64,000 nt of DNA, from positions 32,882 to 96,881 of the IMG/VR virus record IMGVR_UViG_3300044695_002580; one strand, written 5' to 3'. The stretch comes from a virus. This document shows positions 26,683 to 36,661 of this stretch, piece after piece. Position 1 is the first letter of the stretch. The number at the start of each line of letters is the position of its first letter. A program made the position numbers and the translations under genes. A model generated the notes under the pieces. It saw only the letters and a program-made list of their open reading frames with translations, ran no database searches and was not told the origin of the DNA.

Positions 26683-28013
26683 AGGGCTGCTCTGCTCCTT
26701 ACCCTGTTAGCCACGGTAGGTGACTTAATCTTTTTAGGAGTAAAGGTTACCCTAGTAGTTTTTTTATCAGCAACCCAGGTAGAAGGCTGCTTAGTTTTTG
26801 CAGTGACCTTCTGTCTGTTACCAATCTTTCCAAAGCTTCCTTTGTTTTGATTGCTACTTCTACGGGCTGAACTCTTTATAAGAGGCTTGCTAGTCTTTGG
26901 TCTACCAGAAGCTACTCCAGGTTTAATTAATCTTTTTGGGCTGCCAGGGACTGCAACTTCTAGTCCAGCTACTCCATTTACAGAACCTAAAGAGTCAGTT
27001 CCTACAACAATATTAGTAACGTAAGTAGGGACGTTTCTTTCGGTCTCAACCATTACGTGTTCCGCAGACAGGACAGTCCAATATCCAGAGTACGTAGGAC
27101 CGAGCCCAGATAGATAAACTGGCATATTAGGTCTAAGGGTTGGGTCACCAATCACACTAGCTGTTCCTCTATATGGGAACGAGTTTCTAGCTTCAGCCGC
27201 ATCTGCTTCGTAGGTTGCAATCTCTGCATTAGGGGCTACAACTAAAGAGTTAAAACGGTCAAAGAACTCGTCTTGACGTTTTGCCTTTGTAGTCTTATTT
27301 CTCTTTTGCTTGGTCTGAGCCATAGCAGCTTTAGAGAATCTGTCTACACCGCTAATAGCTACAGCAGACTTCATCTCTCCGTCGTACTCTATTGACTCTC
27401 CAATAGATGGCTGAAATGAGTACAACGTAGAGCCAGTAACATCGCTGGCGTCTTTCATTACAAATACCTTAGCGGTGTCTTTGTATAGCTCATAGTCATT
27501 AAGGATGGGCTCAAAATAGATATCGGTGTTTTCCCCACGCAGGGTGTAACCAATCTGCTTTGCCAAACGGACAGCAAGCTGCCAGTCGGTATATCCCGCT
27601 TGAGATATCATTTCGTAAACTCTAGGGTGCGGCTTTCCAATAAAACGTAGGCTGTGTTTGATACAGATTTCTTTTATTACTTGGTCTGCCGTACAGTCTC
27701 TGTAAGTTGTTTGAGAAGCCTGCTTAAGGGGAAACGAGCCTCCTATGCATACAACTTCTGTAAACATCTTTCCTGGGGTAGCAGAAGGTGTGATGTGGTG
27801 AATGTAGCCGAAGAAGTTTCTAGGTGTAGTGTTCGCTGACAAGGTAACTTCAATAGGAGTGCCTGGTCTAATCGATTCGTAATTAGGGTTCCAGTCTTTA
27901 AACGTTAAAATTAAAAGCTCATGCTCATAGGTTTTTTGCATGAGTACGGCCTTATACACAGCTCTAGGACCTTCAGGCGCGTCTGGAAAAGAAACACTTA
28001 CAAATTTAAACAC
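26679..28013 (-). CDS. baseplate hub (GpD/gp27-like)
   Basis: QAG.TDW...RLA...GY, GDP.LRP...V.L.GLG..YSG.W.V. Confidence 0.8.
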   Translation of the reverse strand: MFKFVSVSFPDAPEGPRAVYKAVLMQKTYEHELLILTFKDWNPNYESIRPGTPIEVTLSANTTPRNFFGYIHHITPSATPGKMFTEVVCIGGSFPLKQASQTTYRDCTADQVIKEICIKHSLRFIGKPHPRVYEMISQAGYTDWQLAVRLAKQIGYTLRGENTDIYFEPILNDYELYKDTAKVFVMKDASDVTGSTLYSFQPSIGESIEYDGEMKSAVAISGVDRFSKAAMAQTKQKRNKTTKAKRQDEFFDRFNSLVVAPNAEIATYEADAAEARNSFPYRGTASVIGDPTLRPNMPVYLSGLGPTYSGYWTVLSAEHVMVETERNVPTYVTNIVVGTDSLGSVNGVAGLEVAVPGSPKRLIKPGVASGRPKTSKPLIKSSARRSSNQNKGSFGKIGNRQKVTAKTKQPSTWVADKKTTRVTFTPKKIKSPTVANRVRSRAAL

Positions 28014-28287
28014 GTGGAATCCTGAGCACTGTTCCAGCTGGAATACTAAGGATGTCTTTAATTTCAGGGTTATGGTCTAATATAATCCACCACATGCTGG
28101 AGCGGTTATAGTACTTATTACCCAGCTGGTCTAGTCGCTCTCCCTCTTTAAAGGTATGCTCGTAGTAGCTAAGGGTCCCAATGTCAGGGAAGTTGTAGAA
28201 CACAATAGGATTCTCATCCCCATTAGGGACTGTAGAAACAAAGTCAATAAAAGATGGCTCGTACCTAGAACCTAGATAAATAGTCAT
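28006..28287 (-). CDS. tail X / LysM-like baseplate protein
   Basis: GERLD.L..KYY....WW.I.D.NP...IPAGT.LRIP. Confidence 0.85.
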   Translation of the reverse strand: MTIYLGSRYEPSFIDFVSTVPNGDENPIVFYNFPDIGTLSYYEHTFKEGERLDQLGNKYYNRSSMWWIILDHNPEIKDILSIPAGTVLRIPRV

Positions 28288-28295
28288 GACTACTC

Positions 28296-29639
28296 CTAAA
28301 CCACTGTGGAGCCAGCGAAGGCATCACAGCTAAACGAAACGGTTGTGCGTAAAGGAATCATATCTTCTGTAAAGAAGGTGTGATTGATAGACATATTTGT
28401 TATCCATCCAACAAAAGATAGCTGCTGTTGAGCGTTAGGTCCGAACCTAAAGCCCAAGAGGCTAGGGGATAGGAACCCAATGTTCGCTGTCTTTTTAAGC
28501 ATCAGTGTTGCCCACTCACCAGAGCCTTGGTTAGCTCCGTTTCCATTTAGGGCCTTAAACAGATACTCAAGGTCAGCCATTGTTCCAAACTTCATTAGGT
28601 CATTAATCTTTTGTAAATTTACAGACCCAAGTCCAGATGGGTAGTAGTCCACAGCGTTACTTGGTATCTTGGCGTACTTACTTTCTCTAACCTGTGGGCT
28701 GTTTGCATTTACCTCTACAGCTTTTGGATGCTTCATTGAGTTTGCATACGTATCTCCAGCCATAGACCTTAGAGCTGCAAAGTCATTTACACGGTCTAAC
28801 ATAATCTGGAATTGGTATGTCTCTTGTCCAGGGAAGGCGCCTGCAACTGAACGGAAACGGTCAGCTGATGATGGGGTAACATCCATGTTTCTTGCAATAG
28901 AAGATGAGATAGTTTCTGGGTTCCATAGGAATTGAAAACCGTAGTTGTAGTTGTTCTCTTTTCCAGAGCCCTGCTTTAATATCTCATTCTTTTTATCTGC
29001 TTCTTTTGTTGCTGCCTGTAGTTGAGCTGCAGATGTAATTACTGTTGCGCCGTTTTCTTCTTTGCTAGCAGAGATGTCGCTTCCGTTACTCCAGTGCCAA
29101 ATAACACCTCTACGTAGTCTGTGGAAGTCGCCCTCGTGGTTGTTCTGTGCAACATTTCCTTTACCACTAGTACCGTCTACCGCGTGCGGTCTTACAGGTA
29201 GGCTCCACTTATGTGGCGGTAGGTTGTAGTCATAGTTTCTTGGTGGAAATGACTTAGTACTCTTATTGTCTGGAGGGGTACTCCCCACCAGATTGTTGTA
29301 ATCTTTTATCGCTGAGTTTTCCAAAGCTTTTCCAATAAGGGTTAGACCTAACCCAACACCTAGTCCAGGTAATCCACCAACTCTTACTATTTTGCCTGCT
29401 CTAGATAAAGCAACACCTACTGCTTGACGGTTGAGACCAGAGCCAACTACCGTTGAGGCCGCAGCAGCTGCAGCAACTGTAGGGGCCGCTGATGATGCAA
29501 TGCTTCCAGCAGTTGTTGATACTACGCTAGCTGTAGCTAGGTTGTTAATTCTTTTTAAAGCTTCAGCTTTTTTTACTGTTTCTTTTTTTACAGCAGCTTT
29601 CTTTTTTTGAAGTAATCCTGGAGGAACGATGAATGGCAT
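28296..29639 (-). CDS. tail tube initiator-like protein
   Basis: FQFLWNPE.IS..., G.IT.MSI.H..F...M.P.R; between tape measure and LysM genes. Confidence 0.6.
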   Translation of the reverse strand: MPFIVPPGLLQKKKAAVKKETVKKAEALKRINNLATASVVSTTAGSIASSAAPTVAAAAAASTVVGSGLNRQAVGVALSRAGKIVRVGGLPGLGVGLGLTLIGKALENSAIKDYNNLVGSTPPDNKSTKSFPPRNYDYNLPPHKWSLPVRPHAVDGTSGKGNVAQNNHEGDFHRLRRGVIWHWSNGSDISASKEENGATVITSAAQLQAATKEADKKNEILKQGSGKENNYNYGFQFLWNPETISSSIARNMDVTPSSADRFRSVAGAFPGQETYQFQIMLDRVNDFAALRSMAGDTYANSMKHPKAVEVNANSPQVRESKYAKIPSNAVDYYPSGLGSVNLQKINDLMKFGTMADLEYLFKALNGNGANQGSGEWATLMLKKTANIGFLSPSLLGFRFGPNAQQQLSFVGWITNMSINHTFFTEDMIPLRTTVSFSCDAFAGSTVV

Positions 29640-31912
29640 TAGTTTTTAGCCGCCTTATCTAGAGTCTCTGAGTTTGATAGAGCCGCCTTTAGGGCTGCAA
29701 TATTGTCTTGTGCGCTTCCTCCACCAGATAGGTTTACTGTAACGCCGCCATAGTTATACGTTGTAGCGCCTACCTGAGATGTTGTTTTTAGTGCAGGGCT
29801 TGACATAGAGGTAAAGCCTTTTAGTAAATCTGATACTAGATTTCTATTGTTGGTTCCTTCAGTGCTGAACAACTTAGACCAACTAAACTTGCCATCTTCT
29901 TTGCCGTTATTTTTAGCTGAAGCAGAGGAGAAGGTAGACCTATCTGAGCCACCATCACCTGAAGAGTTGTTGTTACCAAGCACAGATTTAGTAGACCAAG
30001 AGCTCCAGTTATATCCTTTTTGAGACATGTGGTATGCAACACGTGCATTAGTCTCTGCATCAAAAAGGTCGTTAACTGAATTTAACTTAAATGACTTACC
30101 GCCTGCCATGTTCCAAGACTTATTTAGACGTTCGTCCATAAGGTCGCCAAGCATGTTAATTTGGAATAGGCCATAGGAGAGGTCCCCACCATGTGGATTA
30201 AATGCGTATGGGCGTCCACCAGACTCAGCACCAGCAATCTTTAATGCGTTTGCTAATCCCTGTCCTTCAAAGCCCGCTCTTTCCAATACCTTCTTTAATT
30301 CATCTGGGCTCAACTTAATTCCGCTTGAGCCCTTAGGGCCTGTAAAGTTTCCATTGTGGCTGTGTCCTGGGTACGCAGCGCCACCCTCATGTCGGAATGG
30401 GTGGTTCTTTAACTCATGGTTAGGAACAATAATTCCTGGCTGTTCAGGGACGAATAGTTCTGGGCCCTGCTCACCTACAACGTAAGGCATCTTTCCACCA
30501 ACAGGTCCACCTTCTGCTCTAAACATATTACCAAGAAGACCACCTAGTAGTGGGCCAGCAGCAAAGTTAAACGCTCCAGACAATACATTGCCAAGACCGC
30601 TTTGCCCTAGTGTTCCTATACCGCTTTTAATTGCCCCAATTCCAGAGAACAGACCAGTAAATCTATCAATTAAGTTCATGAAACCTGTAAAGTAGCTAAG
30701 CACGCGGTTTGCATACGTGAAGGCGTCAGCCATAGCAGGTGCTGCTTGCTGTAGGGTTCTAGTAGATTCTGTAATTCTTTGGCTTAAAGAACTAACTGCA
30801 GGTGTAGTAGCGCCATACTTCTCACCAAGTTTTTTAAGGTCTCTTCCAGCAAAGGCCTGTCCACCACTTCGCGCTTTAAGCATAAGACCATCTTCTACCT
30901 GCTTACGAAGTAGGGGGTCATTTCCAAAGTATTGGTCAAGCATAGATGCCAGAGCATTACCAGGCTGTAAAGAGATAGCTACATCTTGAGCAGTTACGGG
31001 TTCATTGCCCATCTTTTCTCTCATTAACTTAGCCCAGATTTCATCAATAATCTGTGGCATAGGTTTCATAGAACCATCTTCACCACGGATACGGATACCA
31101 ATACCGCGAAGCATGTTGACGTTACGACCCTGTTGTATAGCGCCGTATGCTCTCATTGAGCCTTCAACACCAATACCAGGGGTAAGGTTAGACATCTGTG
31201 CTGCGCCAAGGGCTACGTTTGAAAAGTTAGGTCCACCAATACCAAGCTGTCTTGCAGCTTCCATTGCTTGTACAGTATCAAACTTACCTGTAGTAGTTCC
31301 CTGTCGACCCAACTGTTGCAACAAAGCAGTCGCTCTTGCATAGTCGCTGTTAGGGTCTGGATTACCTGGAATTAAATTAGAGAACGGTCTAATTCTTCCA
31401 CCAGGTTGATAAGAGGCCTGCTGCTGGTAGAACACCATTCTTTGAGTAGCTAGTTCATATTCAACAGCTTCTTTTGCTGTAGGCATTCCAGCAATTCCAC
31501 CAACAGCACCGCCCATTAAACCACGCTGCATTGCAGGCGACATACCTCCGCCACCGCCAGCGCCTGTTGGTGCGCCTGTGTAGTATGAAGGTAGAGGGCG
31601 GTAAGGTTCTATGCCAGGGGCATTAAATACTGTGTTATGCCCAGACTGACGGTACATGTACTCTTGGGATGTTTCACCCGCGCTTGTTACATTAAATACT
31701 GGAACAGGGGCAATTAAATTTGAACCAGGCTGTCCGTAGTTTCCGCGCCCATTGAGGCGTCCCATGGCCCCACCTAATAGGTTTGACCAATCACCTGTGC
31801 CTTGCTTTAGGAGGTTCATCTCCTGTCGCAGTGAAGACAGGCCAGTTCTTAGGGATGAGATGAATGCGGCAGCGTTAGAGCTACCCATGTTAAGGTCTTC
31901 TCTTGCCATCAC
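29639..31912 (-). CDS. tape measure protein with C-terminal lytic transglycosylase domain
   Basis: Position after chaperone; RA.GGPV..YVVGE.GPE motif; AESGG..D.SYGLFQIN..W..W SLT motifs. Confidence 0.85.
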   Translation of the reverse strand: MMAREDLNMGSSNAAAFISSLRTGLSSLRQEMNLLKQGTGDWSNLLGGAMGRLNGRGNYGQPGSNLIAPVPVFNVTSAGETSQEYMYRQSGHNTVFNAPGIEPYRPLPSYYTGAPTGAGGGGGMSPAMQRGLMGGAVGGIAGMPTAKEAVEYELATQRMVFYQQQASYQPGGRIRPFSNLIPGNPDPNSDYARATALLQQLGRQGTTTGKFDTVQAMEAARQLGIGGPNFSNVALGAAQMSNLTPGIGVEGSMRAYGAIQQGRNVNMLRGIGIRIRGEDGSMKPMPQIIDEIWAKLMREKMGNEPVTAQDVAISLQPGNALASMLDQYFGNDPLLRKQVEDGLMLKARSGGQAFAGRDLKKLGEKYGATTPAVSSLSQRITESTRTLQQAAPAMADAFTYANRVLSYFTGFMNLIDRFTGLFSGIGAIKSGIGTLGQSGLGNVLSGAFNFAAGPLLGGLLGNMFRAEGGPVGGKMPYVVGEQGPELFVPEQPGIIVPNHELKNHPFRHEGGAAYPGHSHNGNFTGPKGSSGIKLSPDELKKVLERAGFEGQGLANALKIAGAESGGRPYAFNPHGGDLSYGLFQINMLGDLMDERLNKSWNMAGGKSFKLNSVNDLFDAETNARVAYHMSQKGYNWSSWSTKSVLGNNNSSGDGGSDRSTFSSASAKNNGKEDGKFSWSKLFSTEGTNNRNLVSDLLKGFTSMSSPALKTTSQVGATTYNYGGVTVNLSGGGSAQDNIAALKAALSNSETLDKAAKN

Positions 31913-32070
31913 TATCCTCTAGGTTGGTATCGTTGGGAACGTTCTAACCAGTTCTGTCTTTCACGAACTGATAAGGCGCGTATATCTTTTAGTGTCCATC
32001 CAGTAAAAGACCTTGTTAGGACTTCATACTGGTCAAGTAGCTCTTCGTAATCTGCTTCGCTATATACGAA
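31912..32070 (-). CDS. tail assembly chaperone C-terminal extension (P2 E'/T4 gp51-like); no start codon, probably reached by frameshift
   Basis: Open frame FVYSEADYEELLDQYEVLTRSFTGWTLKDIRALSVRERQNWLERSQRYQPRG* fills the gap and its stop overlaps the tape measure start. Confidence 0.7.
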   Translation of the reverse strand, partial: FVYSEADYEELLDQYEVLTRSFTGWTLKDIRALSVRERQNWLERSQRYQPRG

Positions 32071-32854
32071 ACAAATCTAGCAAGCTCAGCGGTAGAGAGA
32101 TATCTTCACCGCATGCCTTGCAAGCTTTCTTCACCTCCCCAAGGCGAGGGCCTGGGTTGCGCTTGATAATCTCGTCGATTACGCGGGTGCGGTCTGCCAT
32201 ACCAAGTGATAGTGCAGTACCAGCTCCAACAGATGGTTCACCGTTTATTGAAACAATACATCCAGATAGTAAGAGTGTATTAATCTCGGCTGATGTCTTG
32301 TCGTAGTTTTCCATCAACCTTTTTTGTGTTATGCCGTTTGGAAGAGCCACAGTTACCTGGCCTTGCTTAGTATCCATAACCCATACGCGGTCTCCCACTG
32401 GGTCCTTCAACCTAACAACAGGAACATCTTCCACTAGGTCAATAGTTGTCTCATGCTCATCTTGGCAAGAGAAACACTTAACCATTAGGGTTGATGTCTG
32501 TCCAAATGTAACCCTTCTAATACCTAGAAGGATTGCGTCACGGTCTCCCGATAGCAACATATCTAGGTCGTCGGCTGTGGCTTCCTTGTCTCCAAGTTTC
32601 ACCAAGCCTCTGGCTAGTAGAACGTTGAGGGCCTTACCTGAAGAACCTGATTTAGCTACAGCTTCTTCGTCTGCTCCTGTTAGTTCTCTAACCTCTGCCG
32701 AGGTATGTAGTTCACCCTTAAGGTCAACAAAACCACCTGGCAGGTCTACCTCAGACTCAGAAGGCGCCCGCGTCTTAATCTTAGGCGCGGGCTCCTCTGA
32801 AATCTTTTCAGCAAACTGTTGTAGTAATTGTGCATCGGTAATAATGTCTGACAT
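32060..32854 (-). CDS. tail assembly chaperone (T4 gp26-like)
   Basis: LPGG..VRELTG.DEE, GDRD.ILL.IR..TFG, two CxxC; between tube and tape measure. Confidence 0.75.
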   Translation of the reverse strand: MSDIITDAQLLQQFAEKISEEPAPKIKTRAPSESEVDLPGGFVDLKGELHTSAEVRELTGADEEAVAKSGSSGKALNVLLARGLVKLGDKEATADDLDMLLSGDRDAILLGIRRVTFGQTSTLMVKCFSCQDEHETTIDLVEDVPVVRLKDPVGDRVWVMDTKQGQVTVALPNGITQKRLMENYDKTSAEINTLLLSGCIVSINGEPSVGAGTALSLGMADRTRVIDEIIKRNPGPRLGEVKKACKACGEDISLPLSLLDLFRI

Positions 32855-32875
32855 TTTATACTCCTATTGGTTGGT

Positions 32876-33541
32876 TTAAAGCTTTCCAGTATCCTTACGG
32901 ATGTAGTTTGCATCAGTAAAGAACACTGACAAACCTTCGTGAACTAATGACATTGACTCATAAAGAATCGCTCCGTCAGCAGCATTTAGGTCTGTATAGT
33001 TTAGCGTAGTAATCCAAGCGTTATGAATCTTGAATCCCATACGTGGGGTGTTGTCGTTTACAGTGGTGGTTGCTGCGTTTGTAGCAGTGTTTGGGTGGTC
33101 CATGACATAGACGTTAATGTCTACGCGGAAGTTCTTGTCCACTCCACCTTGACGCATTGCAATACCTTCACCTGAAGCTGTAGCAAACAATCCACGCATC
33201 CAGGTAATAGCCTGGTCGTTTCCGTAGAGAACTCCACGCTGGAAGGTTACTGGTGAGAAGGTAGTCATACCAGGTACCTGGTGTACAGTGGTGTTGTAGC
33301 CACCTTCACGGTACTGGATTGACTGTGTGTTAATGCTTAGACCAGAGATTTGCGAGAAACCACCAATCCAGCTAGATGAGATACCAGATGTTGCTGGGTC
33401 TGCGCTTGAGCCAGTTAGGATTTTATCAGTGAACGGTGCGCCACCTTGAGCGGGTGTAAACTGTGCATAAAATCGGAACGAGCGTAGTGGGTCAGTCGCT
33501 AGCTTTGAGAAGCGATTGATGATACTTGAAGGGGTTGTCAT
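32876..33541 (-). CDS. tail tube protein (T4 gp19-like)
   Basis: DPLR.FRF, GFS.ISGL, YREGG, VT..RG, AW...DL.A..E.M.L.HEG. Confidence 0.92.
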   Translation of the reverse strand: MTTPSSIINRFSKLATDPLRSFRFYAQFTPAQGGAPFTDKILTGSSADPATSGISSSWIGGFSQISGLSINTQSIQYREGGYNTTVHQVPGMTTFSPVTFQRGVLYGNDQAITWMRGLFATASGEGIAMRQGGVDKNFRVDINVYVMDHPNTATNAATTTVNDNTPRMGFKIHNAWITTLNYTDLNAADGAILYESMSLVHEGLSVFFTDANYIRKDTGKL

Positions 33542-33556
33542 TTATTTGGCTCTCCT

Positions 33557-35059
33557 TTACGCAACAGTAACGGTGGTTCCACCGTCAAACTGGCCAATTT
33601 TGATGATTACGAATTCAGCTGGACGCTGTAGTGCAACGCCAACTTCAATGTTTACTTGGCCTTGGTCGATTAGGTACTGAGGGTTGTTCTCAGCATCGAC
33701 CTTGACAAAGAATGCCTGGTCAGGAGTAGCGCCACGTAGGCCTCCCTGTGACCAGAACTGTGTGAGGAATGAAGAGACTGTTGCATCTAGACGACGCCAT
33801 AGTCCTTCGTTGTTTGGCTCAAAGATTGCAAACTGTGTAAGGTCAGTAAGAGACTTGCGTAAGTAGATAAGTGAACGACGTACTGGTACGTACTTGTCGA
33901 TGTAACCTGCCTTAAGAGTTCTTGCTCCCATTACAACATAGCCTGAGCCTGGGATAAAGCGGATAGCGTTTACAGGGGCTGCTGCTGAGTTAAGAGAATC
34001 AAGGTTTGCATTTGTAAGCTGACGTGTAGAAACCACACCAGCAAGACGAGCCTGCAAACCAGCAGGTGCCTTGTAAACTCCACGAGAGTTGTCAGTAGTA
34101 GCGATAAGACCTGCCACAGCTGCTCCAGCACCTACAGTTACAGTTCTACCAGTGGTAGCACCTAGTGCAACAGTTGGGTCTGCAATAACTAGAGGTGGGT
34201 AGTAAACAGCTGCTAGAGAGCTTGCTGTGTACTGAGCAGAACGAGTTAGCTGGTCTGCTGGAGTGTTGTCAATTCCATCAATAACTACGAATACGTCATC
34301 GCGTGATTCAGCGTAGCTAATGGCAGCGTTTACAACGTTTACAGCTGTCTGACCTGGCAAGTTAAGAACCAAAGACTGAAGTACTGTATCAAATGCTGCA
34401 AGACCCGCTGAGTACTCTGTAACTGAGACTGCGTTTCCGACTGAACCGCCAGCAAGTGTTTGGTTAGCAACCACAGCTGGGTTTCTTGTAGTTCCAGTGT
34501 TTGAAGAGTTTAGGTCTGTCAATGTTACGTAGTTAGATGAAACATTAACCACGTTTAGTGCATAGCGTGTGTCAGTAGTTGTCATAGATAGCTGACTAAA
34601 TGTCTCTACAACATTTGAGTCTGTCTGACCACCGCTGTAGACGATAAGGTCAAAGTAGCCAGTTTCAATAGAGTTAGCAATAGAAATGTTTAGGTCATTT
34701 CCCCAGCGACCAGGGTTCTTAGCAGCTACTTGGAGAGTTGCTGAAGCGCTAACAGCTCGGTCATTGAGTGAACGAGTAGCAAGACCTGGGGCTGCTGCAA
34801 TACGTGTTACGTAAAGCTGGCTGCCACCATTTGAGAAAAACATGTAAACTGCAAGTGGCAATGAGTTGTTTGTATAAGAGTTCCAAGAACCAAACAATGT
34901 TACATACTGGTTCCAAGATGTTACGAGTGAAGGGGTGTTGATAGGACCGCGGTCGTTTTCACCAACTAAAGCTGTAACAAACTCTGAGTTAGTTCCAGCG
35001 ATTGGCTGTACAGGGTTCAACGTTTCTTGAACGTATACCCCAGGGCGTTGAAATGCCAT
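33557..35059 (-). CDS. contractile tail sheath protein
   Basis: RPGVYVQE, GVYKAPAG, GART, YVPVRR, FEPN, PAEFV. Confidence 0.95.
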   Translation of the reverse strand: MAFQRPGVYVQETLNPVQPIAGTNSEFVTALVGENDRGPINTPSLVTSWNQYVTLFGSWNSYTNNSLPLAVYMFFSNGGSQLYVTRIAAAPGLATRSLNDRAVSASATLQVAAKNPGRWGNDLNISIANSIETGYFDLIVYSGGQTDSNVVETFSQLSMTTTDTRYALNVVNVSSNYVTLTDLNSSNTGTTRNPAVVANQTLAGGSVGNAVSVTEYSAGLAAFDTVLQSLVLNLPGQTAVNVVNAAISYAESRDDVFVVIDGIDNTPADQLTRSAQYTASSLAAVYYPPLVIADPTVALGATTGRTVTVGAGAAVAGLIATTDNSRGVYKAPAGLQARLAGVVSTRQLTNANLDSLNSAAAPVNAIRFIPGSGYVVMGARTLKAGYIDKYVPVRRSLIYLRKSLTDLTQFAIFEPNNEGLWRRLDATVSSFLTQFWSQGGLRGATPDQAFFVKVDAENNPQYLIDQGQVNIEVGVALQRPAEFVIIKIGQFDGGTTVTVA

Positions 35060-35101
35060 TTAGATTATCTCCTTAGATAGATTTTACGTGGTTGCCGTTT
35101 A

Positions 35102-35770
35102 TTACAAGATTTCGTAGACCGAAGGGATAGACGTCTGGTTGTTTACTGGTAGGTTAATAGTGACAGAAGTAATAGCAGCAAATGCTGTAGCTGCTACTGC
35201 TGGGGTCATCTCACTAACCACCCTTAATGTAAAGACGTTACGTAGGAGGCGTCGGTTTCCACTTTCCGCATCCTCAAACGTATCTCGCTTTGCATATCCA
35301 TCTACGAACATAGACCGCTTGCTGTACTCAGTTCCTAACTGATTACTTACAGGCAGTACGCCGTACTTAGATGGAAACTTATTCCACATTTGAAACAGGA
35401 TGGCCCTGTCATGTCGTGGGTGTCTTGCATAGGTTGTAAGCTGATAGATAAGGTCGTAAGCAATAGGGTAGTCGTATTCGTAGACTAAACCTGGCACAGC
35501 TGTGATAGTTCCACGATAGTCCCCGTCGTGTAGCTTTCCTTGAACCTGACGGTCGTTAGCTGGAACAACATCAATTAAATCTATAGTTACAAAAGGAAAC
35601 TCCTGTGCACGGATTTCTACATCAGGGTATCCGAACCATACCTTTACTGGTCTAGTTTTAATTGTCTCAGTAGGGCCGTTGTTTGCGGCCGACTTCTCAT
35701 CAGCAACCACCATACCTTGTAGGTAGGCTTTGATTGCTTCATCCTCTGCAATAATAAATGGGCTACCCAT
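35102..35770 (-). CDS. tail completion / neck protein
   Basis: Position before sheath; FPFVTIDL...YQLTT; start ATG 35770. Confidence 0.6.
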   Translation of the reverse strand: MGSPFIIAEDEAIKAYLQGMVVADEKSAANNGPTETIKTRPVKVWFGYPDVEIRAQEFPFVTIDLIDVVPANDRQVQGKLHDGDYRGTITAVPGLVYEYDYPIAYDLIYQLTTYARHPRHDRAILFQMWNKFPSKYGVLPVSNQLGTEYSKRSMFVDGYAKRDTFEDAESGNRRLLRNVFTLRVVSEMTPAVAATAFAAITSVTINLPVNNQTSIPSVYEIL

Positions 35771-36104
35771 GGAACACCTCGTCTTCCATAACCATACGGT
35801 CAAGGAGCTCGTTGTCTATGATTTCATCCATAAACCCATGTAGTCGGTAGTTCAAACCGCGCATGACAGAAGTTGGGGCGGACTTATTAGGCTCACCGTA
35901 TTCTAGGTCCCACGCTTTATCAGGTACGTTGTAGTTTAAATTAGAACCGTCAAAGTTAACTGACATCTGGGGGATTACATCAGCTGGCCAGCCAGCAGCT
36001 ACTGCACGCTCACGAAGAGCTGCAGTCATTTCTAATGAGCCCTCGGAGGCTTTAGCCTCTACGAGATTTTCTACGTTTAGCAACGTGTCTCCCCAGTAGT
36101 ACAT
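35763..36104 (-). CDS. probable neck protein (start likely TTG 36083)
   Basis: LEYG motif; position in neck cluster. Confidence 0.55.
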   Translation of the reverse strand: MYYWGDTLLNVENLVEAKASEGSLEMTAALRERAVAAGWPADVIPQMSVNFDGSNLNYNVPDKAWDLEYGEPNKSAPTSVMRGLNYRLHGFMDEIIDNELLDRMVMEDEVFHG

Positions 36105-36213
36105 TTGCGACAGTCAAAGCTCCTAAAGCTGCAGTGACAGCATTACCAGGAATGGCCTTATTAATCTCGCGTCTGAAGTCTGTGTCAGATGCTGATGATA
36201 CTTTTTTAGGCAT
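36052..36213 (-). CDS. small protein with hydrophobic segment and basic tail
   Basis: AGGA RBS before ATG 36213. Confidence 0.45.
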   Translation of the reverse strand: MPKKVSSASDTDFRREINKAIPGNAVTAALGALTVANVLLGRHVAKRRKSRRG

Positions 36214-36286
36214 GTCCATCCTAGATTTCGCAAGGTACAACGCAGGGGGTGAAGCTTTGAATCCCGCATGGATTCACTATAAGGAT

Positions 36287-36313
36287 AAAGCAAAGGGGCC
36301 CTTTTGGGCCCCT
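36287..36313 (-). terminator. intrinsic terminator
   Basis: AGGGGCCC-AAAA-GGGCCCCT then TTGCTTT on minus strand. Confidence 0.7.
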
Positions 36314-36320
36314 AAGCGTC

Positions 36321-36521
36321 TTACTTCTTTTTAATCTTCTTAATGATTTTGGCGTCAATCTTCTTATCTTCAGCCATTGTCTTTGGCTTCTTCTTGGCTC
36401 CGTGAGCCTTGTCAGCCTTCTCAAACTTAGCCTTCTGAGCTGGGGTCATACCCTTGGTCATCTTGGCGTCCTTCTTCTTATCCTTGGCCTCTGTGTATTT
36501 GCCGAAGTTAAAGGTAGCCAT
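36321..36521 (-). CDS. small Lys-rich protein
   Basis: 66 aa, very basic; TAATG coupled. Confidence 0.7.
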   Translation of the reverse strand: MATFNFGKYTEAKDKKKDAKMTKGMTPAQKAKFEKADKAHGAKKKPKTMAEDKKIDAKIIKKIKKK

Positions 36522-36661
36522 TACATGCCTTTCTTTCTAGGCATAGATGCCTTCTTAGCCTTAGACGGGGCAGCCTTCTTAGCAAACTTTTTGTTAGCAG
36601 CAGCTAGGGTCTTCATACCATGCTTGTCTTTTGGCTTACCGCAGCCACAGGTGGCGCACAT
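36521..36661 (-). CDS. small Lys-rich protein with MCATCGC start (not in ORF track)
   Basis: Hand translation, 46 aa: MCATCGCGKPKDKHGMKTLAAANKKFAKKAAPSKAKKASMPRKKGM; TAATG overlaps on both sides. Confidence 0.75.
   Translation of the reverse strand: MCATCGCGKPKDKHGMKTLAAANKKFAKKAAPSKAKKASMPRKKGM

Noticed and set aside
32331-32879. 182-aa plus-strand ORF and the many other antisense or alternate-frame ORFs in the track
   Set aside because: They shadow well-supported minus-strand genes, lack RBS and motifs, and are explained by codon bias
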